Part shown: positions 39,001-50,833 of the stretch, one piece after another
How the letters are laid out: each line of letters begins with the position of its first letter
Numbering within the stretch: position 1 is the stretch's first letter
Assembly: GCA_001179505.1 (NCBI GenBank)
Contig: CDMY01000204.1
Coordinates: 62,001 to 126,000, forward strand
Direction of reading: 5' to 3'
DNA: 64,000 nucleotides
From: Vitrella brassicaformis CCMP3155
Taxonomy: Eukaryota > Protista > Chromerida
The notes under the pieces: model-generated
What the model was told of the DNA's origin: nothing
Database searches by the model: none
Seen by the model: only the letters and a program-made list of their open reading frames with translations
Translations under genes and position numbers: made by a program

Positions 39001-39703
39001 TCTGGTGTGTTTGATGGGCTGCTGTCTGCGGTGCCTCGTCTGTATGATTTCTCGGCCCTGCGGCACAGGACGGCCGATGATGTCGAGCAAGACATGATAG
39101 TCTTCGAACGGTGAGCGAGAGGCCTGTCTACCCGCCCGCCCCACGCCGCCGCATACACACACAGAAAACTCCTGAATGGATGTGTGTGTGTCTGCCCACA
39201 CAGGCGCGACACGGCCATGACGGCCCCGGACGTCAAAGAAGAGGAGGAGAAGCCCGGGAAGCCCCGGCAGACGCCACGTGTGAGCCGGATTGTGTCGGTG
39301 TTCCTCAAAGAGGGCCCAAAGCTGTCAGTCTTCCACCCCCCCGACCAGCGGAGGTCCATCCTGCAACAGGAGGCCGTCCAGCGACGCTCCGCTCCCTCTT
39401 CGCACCGCAAGAGGACCAACAGGAGCCTCCGCCCAGCCCCGCAAGTCGCGATTCTCGCTGTTCTGCCCCATCGCTGCGCCCCAGGTGCAGCACGTGCCCC
39501 TCGATGACAGCGCCCGCCCCTCAGTGTTCCAAGGAGAGGAAGAGCAGCAGCGAGCGTCCGTGGTAACGACGGCCAGCCGTGTTCGTGCGGCCTCGTCGCT
39601 GTTCGGCGGCCCCAGGGCAGAAGACGAGGCAAAGCCGCGCCCATCGATCTTCAAACACAAGGATCGCATGTCTGTCGCCCTCACAGAGCCGCAGGCTCCA
39701 TAG
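24048..39703 (+). CDS. Polycystin-1-like surface receptor 2: signal peptide, about 11-12 Cys-containing ~110-aa repeats, DUF4215-type repeat, REJ domain, GAIN/GPS, TM1, IQ motif, TM2-5
   Basis: N-terminal hydrophobic leader; repeated modules ending G(G)xYxLCWC; REJ-like exons (LDGSKSY...LTYIWSC, VNRPPFGGIVDVSPTEGAALLDQFTL...WQDDDLPLQYSF); GPS VCLYWD...WTSDGC...CMCSHLTDF; IQ motif IVRIQALARLFLGRKRY; five hydrophobic segments. Confidence 0.8.
24331..26132 (+). repeat. 465-bp direct repeat (24331-24795 and 25668-26132) including an internal intron
   Basis: The offset is 1337 bp. About 14 mismatches were counted by eye (about 97% identity). Confidence 0.92.
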
Positions 39704-39749
39704 AGGGGAAAGTGAGAGGCAATAAGCCATTGAGTTGTCTCGAGTATAG

Positions 39750-40522
39750 ACCATTTAGGTGTCTTCAGTAGAAGTAGATAGGGAGCGCTTTGTGTGTGGA
39801 GTGTTCGCCTTTATGCTTAGACCCGATGTAGTCGATTGTGTGCCAGCCAGAGGCCGTGTGACATTCATTTCATATGGGGCCATATCTTTCCTTTCTGACG
39901 GACTAGCGCATCGCTCGCCAGTCGATGACGTTCGTTTAGCCCACGGCGGTCGCCCCGCCCCCCGTGTCTCTCTCACTGAGTCTGCACACCACACACGCAG
40001 GGCACTGCAGTGAGCAGACACACACACACACGCACACACCACACGAATGCTGAGGTCACCAAAATTCCCTTCGTCTGTCGAGGGCGTCGCTGCGATGCAC
40101 TCAGTCAGACAGACCGACACTAATGCGAATCGCTCCCGCACTCGCGAGTACCACACCAACTGAGATCATTTCACCTGAGGGGGGCTGGCCGGCAAAACAC
40201 TGCCGGCCCTGCCTTTCTATCACAATCAACGCACGTACGTCACACACACACGTGCGCATCGCTACGATCCCAATCGCCCGGCCGCTCGGTGTCTCACTTG
40301 GCCACACACACCAGCAAGAAAAGGAGAGGACGCAGCCGCACAGTCAGTGTGCTCACACACTGATGGCCGTTGTGTGTCGTCGACCGGGCTGATGAAGAAA
40401 AAAATCAGTGAATGCCCAAAGAGATAGAGGCAGACAGTGACCTCCCCCCTATTCACCCATTGTGTGTGGTGGGACACGTAGTTACATCATAAAGCAAAAA
40501 GATAACACTTCTACACACACGC
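39750..40522 (+). repeat. Left arm of a ~770-bp inverted repeat
   Basis: It is the reverse complement of 44392-45146 at roughly 90% identity. The spurious ORF MRIAPAL(A/T)STTPTEIISPEGGWPAKHC appears at 40123 (+) and 44789 (-). Confidence 0.93.
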
Positions 40523-40983
40523 ATTCAAAAGTACATGTATGCCGACGCACACACCAACAGCAAGGAACAAAACGATAGTAAGAACAACCAAGCACACACA
40601 CACACACACACATACATTCAAGGAAGCCCCTCGGCCCCTCGGTGCCTCACTCAGCCCCTCACTGATTTCGTCATTCGGAGAGTAAGAGAAGATCAGTCAG
40701 TGACCTCCACACGTACCAGTATACCAGAAAGTGAGGAGTGGGTCGGTAAGACAAGCTCGTCCCCGAGAGCATTCCTCTCGGCACCGCCCGTTTTCGCCTG
40801 CCTCTGACTCTGATTGTCGAGCTGACGTTGTGTGAATTGCATGGGCGGCGGCAACAAGTGCGCAGAACTCATCACCACACTCGCCAGCCAACCGGCCAGC
40901 TATGCATGGAGTGAATGGATAGATTGACCTGTCTGTGTGTCTGTGTGTCTATGGATGCAGCAAAAAGAGTCGACATCCGTCCC

Positions 40984-42278
40984 TTAGGTGGACGTCCCAG
41001 CAGCCGCTTCAGGCCCTCCATATCTCCACCGCTTGAGCGACCGCCCGACAGGCTCCTTCTCGCAGATGGACCGGAAGATCCGGGCGGGGTTGTCTGCCGC
41101 CGAACAGGGCTCGTCGCCCCACACGCCGTTCTCAGAGGGCAGGGCGAAGCGGGGCGGGTGCGCCACCGCTATGTAATATGCACACCGCTGATTCTCGTTG
41201 TCCCAATTGTCAGGCTGAACCACCTACAGGAAGGAAGGAAGGAAGGAAGGAAGGAAGCAGCACACAACAAGCTTTGAGTCGCTCTTCGATCAACCACTGC
41301 AATAATCACTCACTTACCCATTGGCTGTACCAAAAGGTCCCTCCAAAGTAGAATGGCGCGTCTGTGCCGTCGATAAACTGCCACGCGGCGGGGTTTGTGC
41401 TGTCCCGTCCGGGAACAAACCCCTACACATACGCACATACACACACACACACATACGTACGTATCCACAGGCGCAGCAAAACAGGAGAGAGGGAGGGTTA
41501 CACTAACAGGCCATGGATACGCATGTGTCGTTCCCCTGCTTACGGGCTTCATTTCGACGCCGATGAACCACTGCGTGTGCTGTGATATGGTCGCCTTCAT
41601 ACTGGCTTCCAACACCAAAGCCTTCAGAGTCGCCATTTCAGCCTGCACACGTTCAAACAAGCAGGCAACACACGGATGATTCGTAATTCCCTCAGCCATC
41701 AGAGCATTTGCCGTCCGTCGGTGGCTCTGTGCGTTGCTTACCTGGTTCCGTGGCATTGCGAGGTGTGCTCCCATGGATTCACAGTGGTTCCTGGCCGAGT
41801 ACCAGTCCATGAGGCGAAAGACACGTAGATAACAACGCCCGCTGGCGAAAATCCATCCGCCCCCCCCGCACTCGCCACTCCCACCACGAGGGGGAACCGC
41901 GGGTGCTGCTTGATGTCCAGGAGGGGCAGGTGCTGGTGCTGGTGCTTGTTCTGGTAGTGGTGGTGGGGGTGCCCAGTGTGGTGGCGGAGGCGCAGGGGCG
42001 GGTGCCGCCGGCGGCCCTGATTTCATCCACCCACAAACATCGCAGACACATCAGCATGAGGCAGGCCGATGATAAAAGGACGAATCAACTCGAGCAAATG
42101 AGAGTCGAGCTCTGCTGGGCTGCCTGCCTGCCTGTACTGTTGGTTGTTGTCTGCCCTATATGACGTGGATAGTCTCATGTATGTCCGTGTGCCTACCTTG
42201 GGCAAGTAGCGGCATCCAGCATATGAGGAGCACGCCCACCAGCGCAGGGATCAGTCCATTGACTCTCCCGCAGGCCAT
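40984..42278 (-). CDS. Secreted C-type lectin-like domain protein with a Pro-rich N-terminus (CTLD-C)
   Basis: Leader MACGRVNGLIPALVGVLLICWMPLLAQ splices in phase to GPPAAPAPAPPPP...; CTLD WIFASGRCY...DWYSARNHCESMGAHLAMP...WFIGV...WQFIDG...WGDEPC...ICEKEP. Confidence 0.8.
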
Positions 42279-42426
42279 CGTCACCCACACGACTCTCGTG
42301 GAAAACTACCCTTCGTACATGGTGGTAAATTCGACGAGCCGTTTGACCAACCGCCGTTGCTACGTTGTACCAACAGGCGCTCCAGAATCGCCCTTTTTCG
42401 CGTCCTTCGTGCGTCGTGTAGAGTAG
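42279..42426. promoter_or_regulatory. Probable bidirectional promoter between the two CTLD genes
   Basis: Only 148 bp separate the two divergent ATGs. The function is inferred from geometry alone. Confidence 0.5.
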
Positions 42427-43947
42427 ATGATGGCCGTCTGTGTGTTTCGTTCCGCGTGGGGTAGCCTCCTCCTCACCCTTGTGCTCCTCGCCTCCCAGGG
42501 ACACGCCGAAAGTAAGTCGTCAACACCTGGCACGCCGCGCGCCGCTGAAAGACGCTCACGTCGCTGAGACACCGTCATCCAGCGTTGTTTTGTGTGCGTC
42601 CCTGTGTGCGTCTCACGTGCAGGTGCCGTGTCGTCAACTGCCCTCCGGCGTGTGAGACGTGAGGCTGAGCTCGCCCCCTCCCCCGGCCTCACGTCTGCCA
42701 ATGTGACCGTCCCGGGGCGGCGACTGGGCATGTGGTGGATGGATCCCATGGCGGTGGAGAAGGATGGCACGGCAGGGTGTGAGGCCGAGTGGACTGCCCT
42801 GGGCGGCAAGTGCTACCGCGTCAACCTCGATAAGATCACCTGGGAGGAGCATCGCCGGGAGTGCCAGGCACACGGGGGAGACCTCGCAATGCCCAAACGA
42901 GGCCACGTGAGTGAGTCAAGGAAGGAGAGGAAAGGGGCAAGGGCCGGCTGGGGTGGTTGGTGGGGTCGGCCACTGATGTGTTGCCTGTGGTGTCTTGTTG
43001 TCTTGTATTGTGCTGTGATGTGCTGTGATGCGGCTGGTGGATGTAGGCGGATCTGGCGGTGTACCAGCGACTGGTGCTCAACATCCCTTCATACGAGGAG
43101 GAAGATCCCCGCCACGACCCGTCCGACCAAGTCTTCTGCGTCGGCGTCCGGATGAAACCGGTACGTCCGTGCGACCCTCAGCCTGACATGTCACACCTCC
43201 CACAGCCAGCCAGCCAGCCATATATCCATTCGTCATCCAGTCACCGATCCCTTTCTGTCTGTTTGTGTATGGGTGTGCACGGCATGGGGCCCCCCCATTG
43301 CTGATTGGTGTTCTTTTGGCAGGACCGCGTAGAGGGCTGTCCCGATCTTGACTGCGGCAATGAGAACTTCACAAATCCTGGCAATGATAGCCGAAAGCTG
43401 GACTCATGGGAGTTTGCCGACGGCAGTGGCGAGGCGCCCTATCTCTTCGGGCTTACCTGGTGGTACAACCACTGGGTGCGGCAGCCAGGTCAGAACCCAT
43501 CCACGAAATAAGCTCATACGATCCCTCGCTGGCTGGTTGACAACCTGTTTTCCCAGACAATTACTTCCCTGGCCAGCGGTGCTCCAAGTACGCCGCCTAT
43601 AAGCTTCCCCTGAGCCACGGCCTACTCCCGGACAAGGGCGTCCTCATGGACACCGAATGCAATCAGTGGGGATTCAGAGGCATCTGCGAGAAGGAACCAG
43701 GTACGTACAGTGCGCAGGAAGCAACAGGGGGCTGACACGCACGCACAGCAAACAGCTCTATGGGTTTACGACCCCGGTCTCTTGTTCTCCTTCTGCTGTG
43801 CTGCCATGCTGGAACATGACTGCAGAGGGCTCCGTTGGTGACGGTAATGGTGGCGGGAGCGGCGGGGAGTCGGAGGATCAGTGGAGGGACGACACCAAGG
43901 CGGTACCTGCACCCCCACCCCCACCCCCGGACACCAACTGGTGGTGA
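42427..43947 (+). CDS. Secreted C-type lectin-like domain protein with a Gly/Pro-rich C-terminus (CTLD-D)
   Basis: Leader MMAVCVFRSAWGSLLLTLVLLASQGHA; CTLD CEAEWTALGGKCY...TWEEHRRECQAHGGDLAMP...CVGVRMKP...WEFADG...MDTEC...ICEKEP. Confidence 0.8.
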
Positions 43948-44391
43948 GAGCCCGGCCCATCTGGATGGATGGCCTGCCTACATACCTCACCCACCGACCA
44001 GCACATGAGCTAGCCCAAGCTAAAGTCTGCTTGCGGCCGCTACAATGCATGCAGACATGGGCTAGCCAGAGCAACGTACGTATTACTAGGGACCGGGGCC
44101 TTCTATTCGGTCAGGTTTGTTTTTCTTTTCCCTTTCCCGAATCATGTGTGCAAGTCTTTAGCTCGTGATGCATACATACGATGATAAATAGCATAGGTAC
44201 GTACGGACATGGGATGCATAGTGGGCCCGGTCATCGCCTTCTGCTGTACACAAGCGCACTCACCGCCAAGTTTTCCTCAATTAATGGATAGATGGATGGA
44301 CTGTCCGGGGGCCATCTGGTCTGTTCGGGCTGCTTTTTCCTCTCCCCTGAAGGAGGGAGGGGGCTGCACGTAAGCTTCGGCGCTTTGTTCT

Positions 44392-45146
44392 TGCGTGTGT
44401 GTAGAAGTGTTATCTTTTTGCTTTGTGTATGTAAGTACGTGTCCCACCACACACAATGGGTGAAGAGGGGAGGTCACTGTCTGCCTCTATCTCTTTGGGC
44501 ATTCGTTGATTTTTTTCTTCATCAGCCCGGTCGACGACACACAACGGCCATCAGTCTGTCAGCACACCGACTGTGCGGCTCCCTCCTCTCCTTTTCTTGC
44601 TGGTGTGTGTGGCCAAGTGAGACACCGAGCGGCCGGGCGATTGGGATCGTAGCGATGCGCACGTGTGTGTGACGTACGTGCGTTGATTGTGATAGAAAGG
44701 CAGGGCCGGCAGTGTTTTGCCGGCCAGCCCCCCTCAGGTGAAATAATCTCAGTTGGTGTGGTACTCGTGAGTGCGGGAGCGATTCGCATTAGTGTCGGCC
44801 TGTCTGACTGAGTGCATCGCAGCGACGCCCTCGACAGACGAAGGGAATTTTGGTGACCTCATCCATGCGTGTGCGTGTGTGTGTGTGTCTGCTCACTGCA
44901 GTGCCCTGTGTGTGTGGTGTGCATACTCAGTGAGAGAGACACGGGGGGGCGGGGCGACGGCTAAATGAACGTCATCGACTGGCGAGTGATGCGCTAGTCC
45001 GTCAGAAACGATATGGCCGCATATGAAATGAATGGCACACGGCCTCTGGCTGACACACAATCGACTACATCGGGTCTAAGCCTAAAGGCGAACACTCCAC
45101 ACACAAACCGCTCCCTATTTACCATTCTACAAAACAACTAAATGGC
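44392..45146 (-). repeat. Right arm of the ~770-bp inverted repeat
   Basis: It is the reverse complement of 39750-40522. Confidence 0.93.
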
Positions 45147-45425
45147 CTAATGCACCCCTCCCTCCTTCTAGACGGAGCCTGTGGCTTTGTGAGGGCGATG
45201 ATGCGATCCTTGTGTTCATCAGAGCTGCGAAAGCCAATGATAGTCCGCTACTTTGATGAGGGAGCCAATGCATATTATGTCCCAGCTCGACAGAAAAGGT
45301 ATCGCAAGTCACAATGCACTTGCAAGAACTACAGGGCCTCGACAAATGGCGACAAAAAGCCTGCACTAACAGGTGCACTCGTCGCCTCACGAACTCAGTA
45401 ATCTCGGATGGTCCTTGTCAGGTCG

Positions 45426-47486
45426 TTACGCGTTCGTCCTCAGTAGGCCGGTCCTCTGTTTCTTCTGTTTCGGCCGCTGTTTGGCAATCCAGAAGGCATT
45501 CCGTCTCCGAATCTCAGAGAAAGGCACGAGGGTCTGCGACAGGAGGGTCTGAGACAGGGAACACGGGCGGGATGAAGCATTCACGACTGTCGTTTGCTCG
45601 AGCATGAACGGCGTCCGTACTTGCAGTGGCGGGTCGACGGGCAGGGCCAGTGATGATAGCACGCCCCTGCCCAGCTGCTCAAGACCATACATAAACCCGT
45701 TCAGCAGTCCAGGAGGCGGCAACAGCAGCAGGTCCAGAAGAGCCTGCGCACGACAGAAGCCCACTCACTATAGACGAAATGGCTCGAGCGCCTCCTTCCT
45801 ACCCGTCCTTCTTTTGTTTGCCGTTCTGAGTAGAGCTCTGCAGCCTTCCGCAGATTACCGTCGCACTGACTGACCGCCTGGTCAAATGCAGCGGCGTCGC
45901 TGAATGCACTATTTGCACCTATTGCAAAAAAGGCACATAGATTCTGTGGCCCTGTCGCCCCGATACCCTTCCTGCACGCATCACCTTGGCCCAACCGCCC
46001 GCCAGTGGAGTGTGCGGCATCACCCATGATAATCACCCGACCCTCCCCGTTGTCCCAGTACGAATCGCACCTCACGATCCCTGAAATGAGCCGCTCCTGG
46101 TTGAGGAATTGCTCACAGGCCGATAAAGGCGCTTTCCCGAACTGTGGAAAAGCGTCAGCGATTATTCGCTGCACTTCTTGTGGTGATGTTGCATTGGCGA
46201 GGGCAGGTGGCCGTTCTTCGCTCCAACTGACCAGTGTGCTGCAAGCACACAAGTACAGTACAGTGCAGAAGATGCAGGAGCAAACTTCGTGAAAGGTAAA
46301 GCTTACCAGCATGTGTTGTGAGGGCCTGGAATAATGAACAAGCCGAATCCGGCGCTGAAAGAAGCCATGGCGTGGATGGCACTCGGTTCGAGAGCTGCAG
46401 GCAATTGTGACGCGAATCAAAGTATATCAAGAGAACACTGTATACTCTGGTTGTGTCGGCTGTTTAAACCTGCTGGCCATGGCACGTGCATCACTCTTCC
46501 CTCCCCACCTGCATTCCAGAGACACAAACAATATATGCACGTGCAACAGATGGCTCTACCCCATACCCAGTATCTCGACATCTTCCTTCATATGCTGTGG
46601 CCAGGCCTCCACCAGCGACGCACGCACAGCGCTTCGGACTCCATCGCACCCTGTGAGACACGACATCCACACGGATGCTGCTGTTAGCTGGCTCACGAGC
46701 GACAGCACGATTGCCACCCGCGAGGAAGTCATACGGGACCGTCGAGTGTTCCTCCCCGTCTGAACCGCGTAGTATCACCCTCCGGTTGGCCAAATCGACC
46801 TTGTCGATTCTCTTGGCAAACATCAACTTAAGGCGTCCATCGGCCACGAATTTCTGCAGTGTATCGAGGAGAGCACTGCAGAGTAATCCCCTGCTAATAA
46901 GCAAGGATGGGGGTGCGCCGCTGCGCTTCTGCCGAATGTTGAGCTTGATCCTCGTGCCGAGATGGACGAAGAACCGATCGGACTCGACTCCTTGGTCCTT
47001 AATTGCGTCCCAAACTGATCCATTATTGGGTCCACTTAGCGTCGTACGAGCCCTAATGTTCAGACCCAAGGAGTACTGCCTGGGACCTGAAAAGAGATGA
47101 CAGGCACCTTTCACATGAGTAGCTGCTGCGCTGCCACATACCGAGGGGCTCTCCTCGTGGATCGCCCCGGCTCTCGATGACCTAAACATGACAATCAGAA
47201 GGTACACGTATAAAGCCATCGGGAACATACCGTGATGTTGAATCCTCTTCGAACAAGAAAATGAGCTAGCGCTAATCCGCATGGGCCACCTCCCGCAATG
47301 ACGATTCTGAAGAAGAATAACGTCAAATCGAATCGATTGTGTGCGTCATATATATTGTCATTCTGACCGGCTGCGTAGTGATGATGACGCGGGGGAGGGA
47401 GAGGTACTGAAGGCACGGACGTCGGCGTGATAAATAGTCAATGACGTGAGGATGACAAACGGGACGACAAGGGAAGATTCTAACAT
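45426..47486 (-). CDS. FAD-dependent monooxygenase, kynurenine 3-monooxygenase-like, with an N-terminal targeting leader
   Basis: Motifs RIVIAGGGPCGLALA (GxGxxG), YSLGLNIRAR, YDFLAGCDG, IMGDAAH...GQGANSAFSDA. The first exon from ATG 47486 splices in frame. Confidence 0.85.
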
Positions 47487-47855
47487 ATATCGTCCCTCGT
47501 GTGGTTAGACCATCCGATGTGATTCGAGAGCAATTGGATGAACGAACGTCCGGTGAAGGTCCGTCGTGGAGCTATTTGTCGTGGAGTGCCGCTCCTGTAG
47601 TCAGGTCAACCGGCGGGCGGTGTGGCATTCGGCAAGAGGGAACTCCTGAACACAAGCAATGTACGTACGTATGCATGGCAGCCACCCGTCATTGTTCTTT
47701 GCTTACCATCACCGACTGGGGGAGGCCGCTCACAACCGTGTCCTTTTTGGTTGACTTACCCTAACTCCGACCGTTATGTTTGTATACGTATTTTGGGCGT
47801 GGAGGAGGACGGCCTCGCGGACTTTTGCCAGAAGGGCGCACGGACTCTTGCCGTC

Positions 47856-50567
47856 ATGTTCACTTTGCTCTGTATCATCTTGGTCATTTTCTGGGCCACT
47901 CCCCATTGTGATGCGCAGGGCTTCGACACCACGCTCTCTCCGTCCTGGGCCACGTCAGAACAGGAAACGCCCCTTCGAGTGAGGCTGTTTGTCGATCCTG
48001 AGAACAAGCTCAAGTATGAGGTGTATTCTGGGCCTCACAAGATTGTGGCCCCGTCGGCTCTCGGGCTCATTCTGGATCACTACGGCCAAGAGGTCCACCT
48101 CGGTGACAATGTGCAAGTGGAGGTATTATCGCCGCCCAGGGAAGCCTCTCAGACATATTCCACCATGGGAGGTCATGCCACTGCAAACAGCCAATACGGT
48201 GAGCTCTATTCGTCTGGACAAAGTCTGGACTTCACCTGTGTGTGTCTTCTTTGGTTCTGTTTTCAGTGGAAGCATCATACAGCGTTCGTCACGTTCCCAC
48301 TGGTTTGACGTACTCTGTTGACTTTCGCGTATCAGCAGCAGGTTCTCCTGGCGTGGCATTTCTTTACGCTTTTCGCGATGACGCCACTGTAGACAAAATT
48401 CGAATCAAGGACGACGGCTCTGAATTCGTCATGGAATTCGGCGACACGGACAATGCATGGATTGTGGAGAGGCGTGACGGCCTCTTTTCCTACATCGGCC
48501 AGTACATGAGTGTACCGGCAGCTTCGCTGTGGTCTCGGAGCTCACAGGGCGGCACAATAGACCGTTACAACACACCCGTGACGATTGAGGATTCTAGCAG
48601 GAGCAGCCCATTCCCCTATATTGTGATCAATGAGGCTAGTCTCTTCGGTTTTGAGGGCTTTCATCTGGTGGCGTTGCCTGGAGGCGTCGGTTTCAAAAGC
48701 GAGCTCGCGAGGGGGCTAGAGTATGCACGTCAGGAGCAGAACTTATGGGGGCCGCTGGAGTTGGAGCTTCCCGTGAAGACGTCTTGGCGAGTGATTCAAC
48801 TGGCTGCAAATCTGGACCAGCTGGCCAATCACAGTAATAATTATGACAGCCTCACCTCAGCCTGTCACAAGTGCGTCAATTTGGATAATTACCTTAGACC
48901 TCGTCAGTGACCTGAATCCTTCGCCGGATGAGCGCAACCCGGGACTCTTCACTGAGACATCCTACATCAAACCAGGCAGGTCGGCTCGCCACAGCGGGCG
49001 CGGAATGTGTCGATTTCCTCTGTGATTGTAGGTCGGTGTGGACGTGCCTCGCGTCTCCTACCTGTGGCCACCCTCTACTCTATGAGCAGGTGGACAGAAA
49101 TAGACATCACGCTCTTTTGCTTAGTGAGTGGGTGCTGTGCCGCACCTTCTGGATTGCGCAGGAATGGGATCAAGTGACGGGAGCGGCAGCGCTAGCCCTG
49201 GAGTACTCGACGGTCGATATCGGTAGGGATGGGGGGACGCTGGAACGGATTCGGTGGCCGTGTGCAGTTCCAATGCGGTTTGTCAGGTTGGGAGGACTGG
49301 CCTGGCCCCTGGGAGAGTGTTAAGAAGCTCACAGCATATGGAGATTCGAAGGGAGTGGGCATCTTTCTGTGGAAGCACCGTGAACAAGTGGACGATCCTG
49401 CCGACAATTACAAAGCCCTTCGTGACTTCCTTGATTTGGTTAAAGACGCTGGTGCTGTGGGTAAGACTGAGATAGACGAATACTCTTTCTTCACGGTCTT
49501 CGTCCTGTGCAGGAGTTAAGTTTGATTTCTTTGACGCGGCCAGCTTCAACACCATTTTGCTGCAAGAGACCATCCTACGTGAAGCTGCCAAAAGAAAGCT
49601 CCTCCTCAACTTTCATGGGATACAGGTGTTTGAGCGAGTCAGTTCAACTGTGGCCGCATTAACCTCTTTGCCCTGTGTTTCTGCTGTGTGTTGCAGAAGG
49701 CTACCGGAGAGTCACGTACGTACCCAAACCTTATAACGCAGGAGGCGATATGGGGCCTGGAGGTGGGCACAGTCGATTGCTGGCATGCAGAGCACACACG
49801 TTTTTTTTCGCACGCCTTCTGTTCAGATCAACCACAACCCAGCAATCTTGGACAAGGTAAAATGAGCATCATGTGTTTGAGCGCACAAGATGTTGCTGAG
49901 AAGATGCTCGACAGGCATAGAAACTCACTTTGTTCTGTCTTTCCATTCTGCTCGGCAAGATTCCGCCCTCCCACAACGCTGCTCTTACCTTCACAAGGTA
50001 TCATTCCCCTATCTGTATCTTTCCCTGGTCCCCGTCATTGCGTACAGGTTTCCAACGGGCGCTGCGGACTATACGCCACTGTCATTGGGTCACATAAGAC
50101 AAGGGACAACTCAGGTGCACCAGGTGGCCCTCCTCGTGACATTTAACTCGCCAATACAGACTTTTGCGGAGGCGCCCCGAGTGATTCTCGAGCAGAAGTT
50201 TACTGACATCATTACCGACATTCCCACGACATGGGATGTCACGAGGGTCCTCCCTCCCTCAAAAATAGGAGACATGACTGTGCTGGCGAGGAAGAAGGGC
50301 GACGATTGGTGGCTTGGCGTGGTCAGCGGTACAGTCGACACACGGGTTGTCTCGTCCATTCCACTCGATTTTCTCGATCCGTCCAAGACCTACTTGGCCT
50401 CGCGTCTGTACACATTGCACTTGAGCAGCGACGGCAAAGATGAGCAAGTCGGTGTCGAGAGGGACCGGAGGATGGGTCCGAGCGAGAGGACACTGACGGA
50501 CATTTTGCTGTGGGGCGAGGGCCACAAAGGAGATGGGCTGGTCGTCAGCTTCCGTCTCGAGCAATAA
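47856..50567 (+). CDS. Secreted glycoside hydrolase family 97, retaining subtype (alpha-galactosidase/glucosidase-like), intron-containing
   Basis: Signal MFTLLCIILVIFWATPHCDA; motifs TSWRVI, SYIKPG, GVGIFLW, GVKFDFF, LNFHGIQKATGESRTYPN, QEAIWGLE, ADYTP, HQVAL, IPTTWDVTRVL and IGDMTVLARKKGDDWWLG. Confidence 0.93.
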
Positions 50568-50799
50568 CCAAATGCGAGACCTTTCTGAATGACCTAGGCT
50601 AAGACTGTCGCGGCCTGCCATAACTGTGTGCGTGTGTGTGTAGTCTTCTCTTTTGTGAATGCTTCCTACAAAGAACAAAACAAACTGACAGACGCTGCGT
50701 CCGTGTGGATATCGAATAAGCGGTCCATATGTGTCCCGTGGCCTGTGCACATACAGGAATTCTCGAAGTGACGAATGAGCCAGTTTTTCGGCTGATTGT

Positions 50800-50833
50800 C
50801 TGACTGACTGACCGACTGACTGACTGACTGACT
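50800..50833. repeat. (GACT)n microsatellite, representative of many GACA/GACT/GGCA/CTAT/GT tracts in introns and intergenic DNA
   Basis: Seen directly in the sequence. Confidence 0.9.

Noticed and set aside
39740-45160. Target-site duplication or transposase for the IR cassette
   Set aside because: No matching direct repeat was found outside the arms and no transposase ORF lies inside, so it was not called a mobile element.
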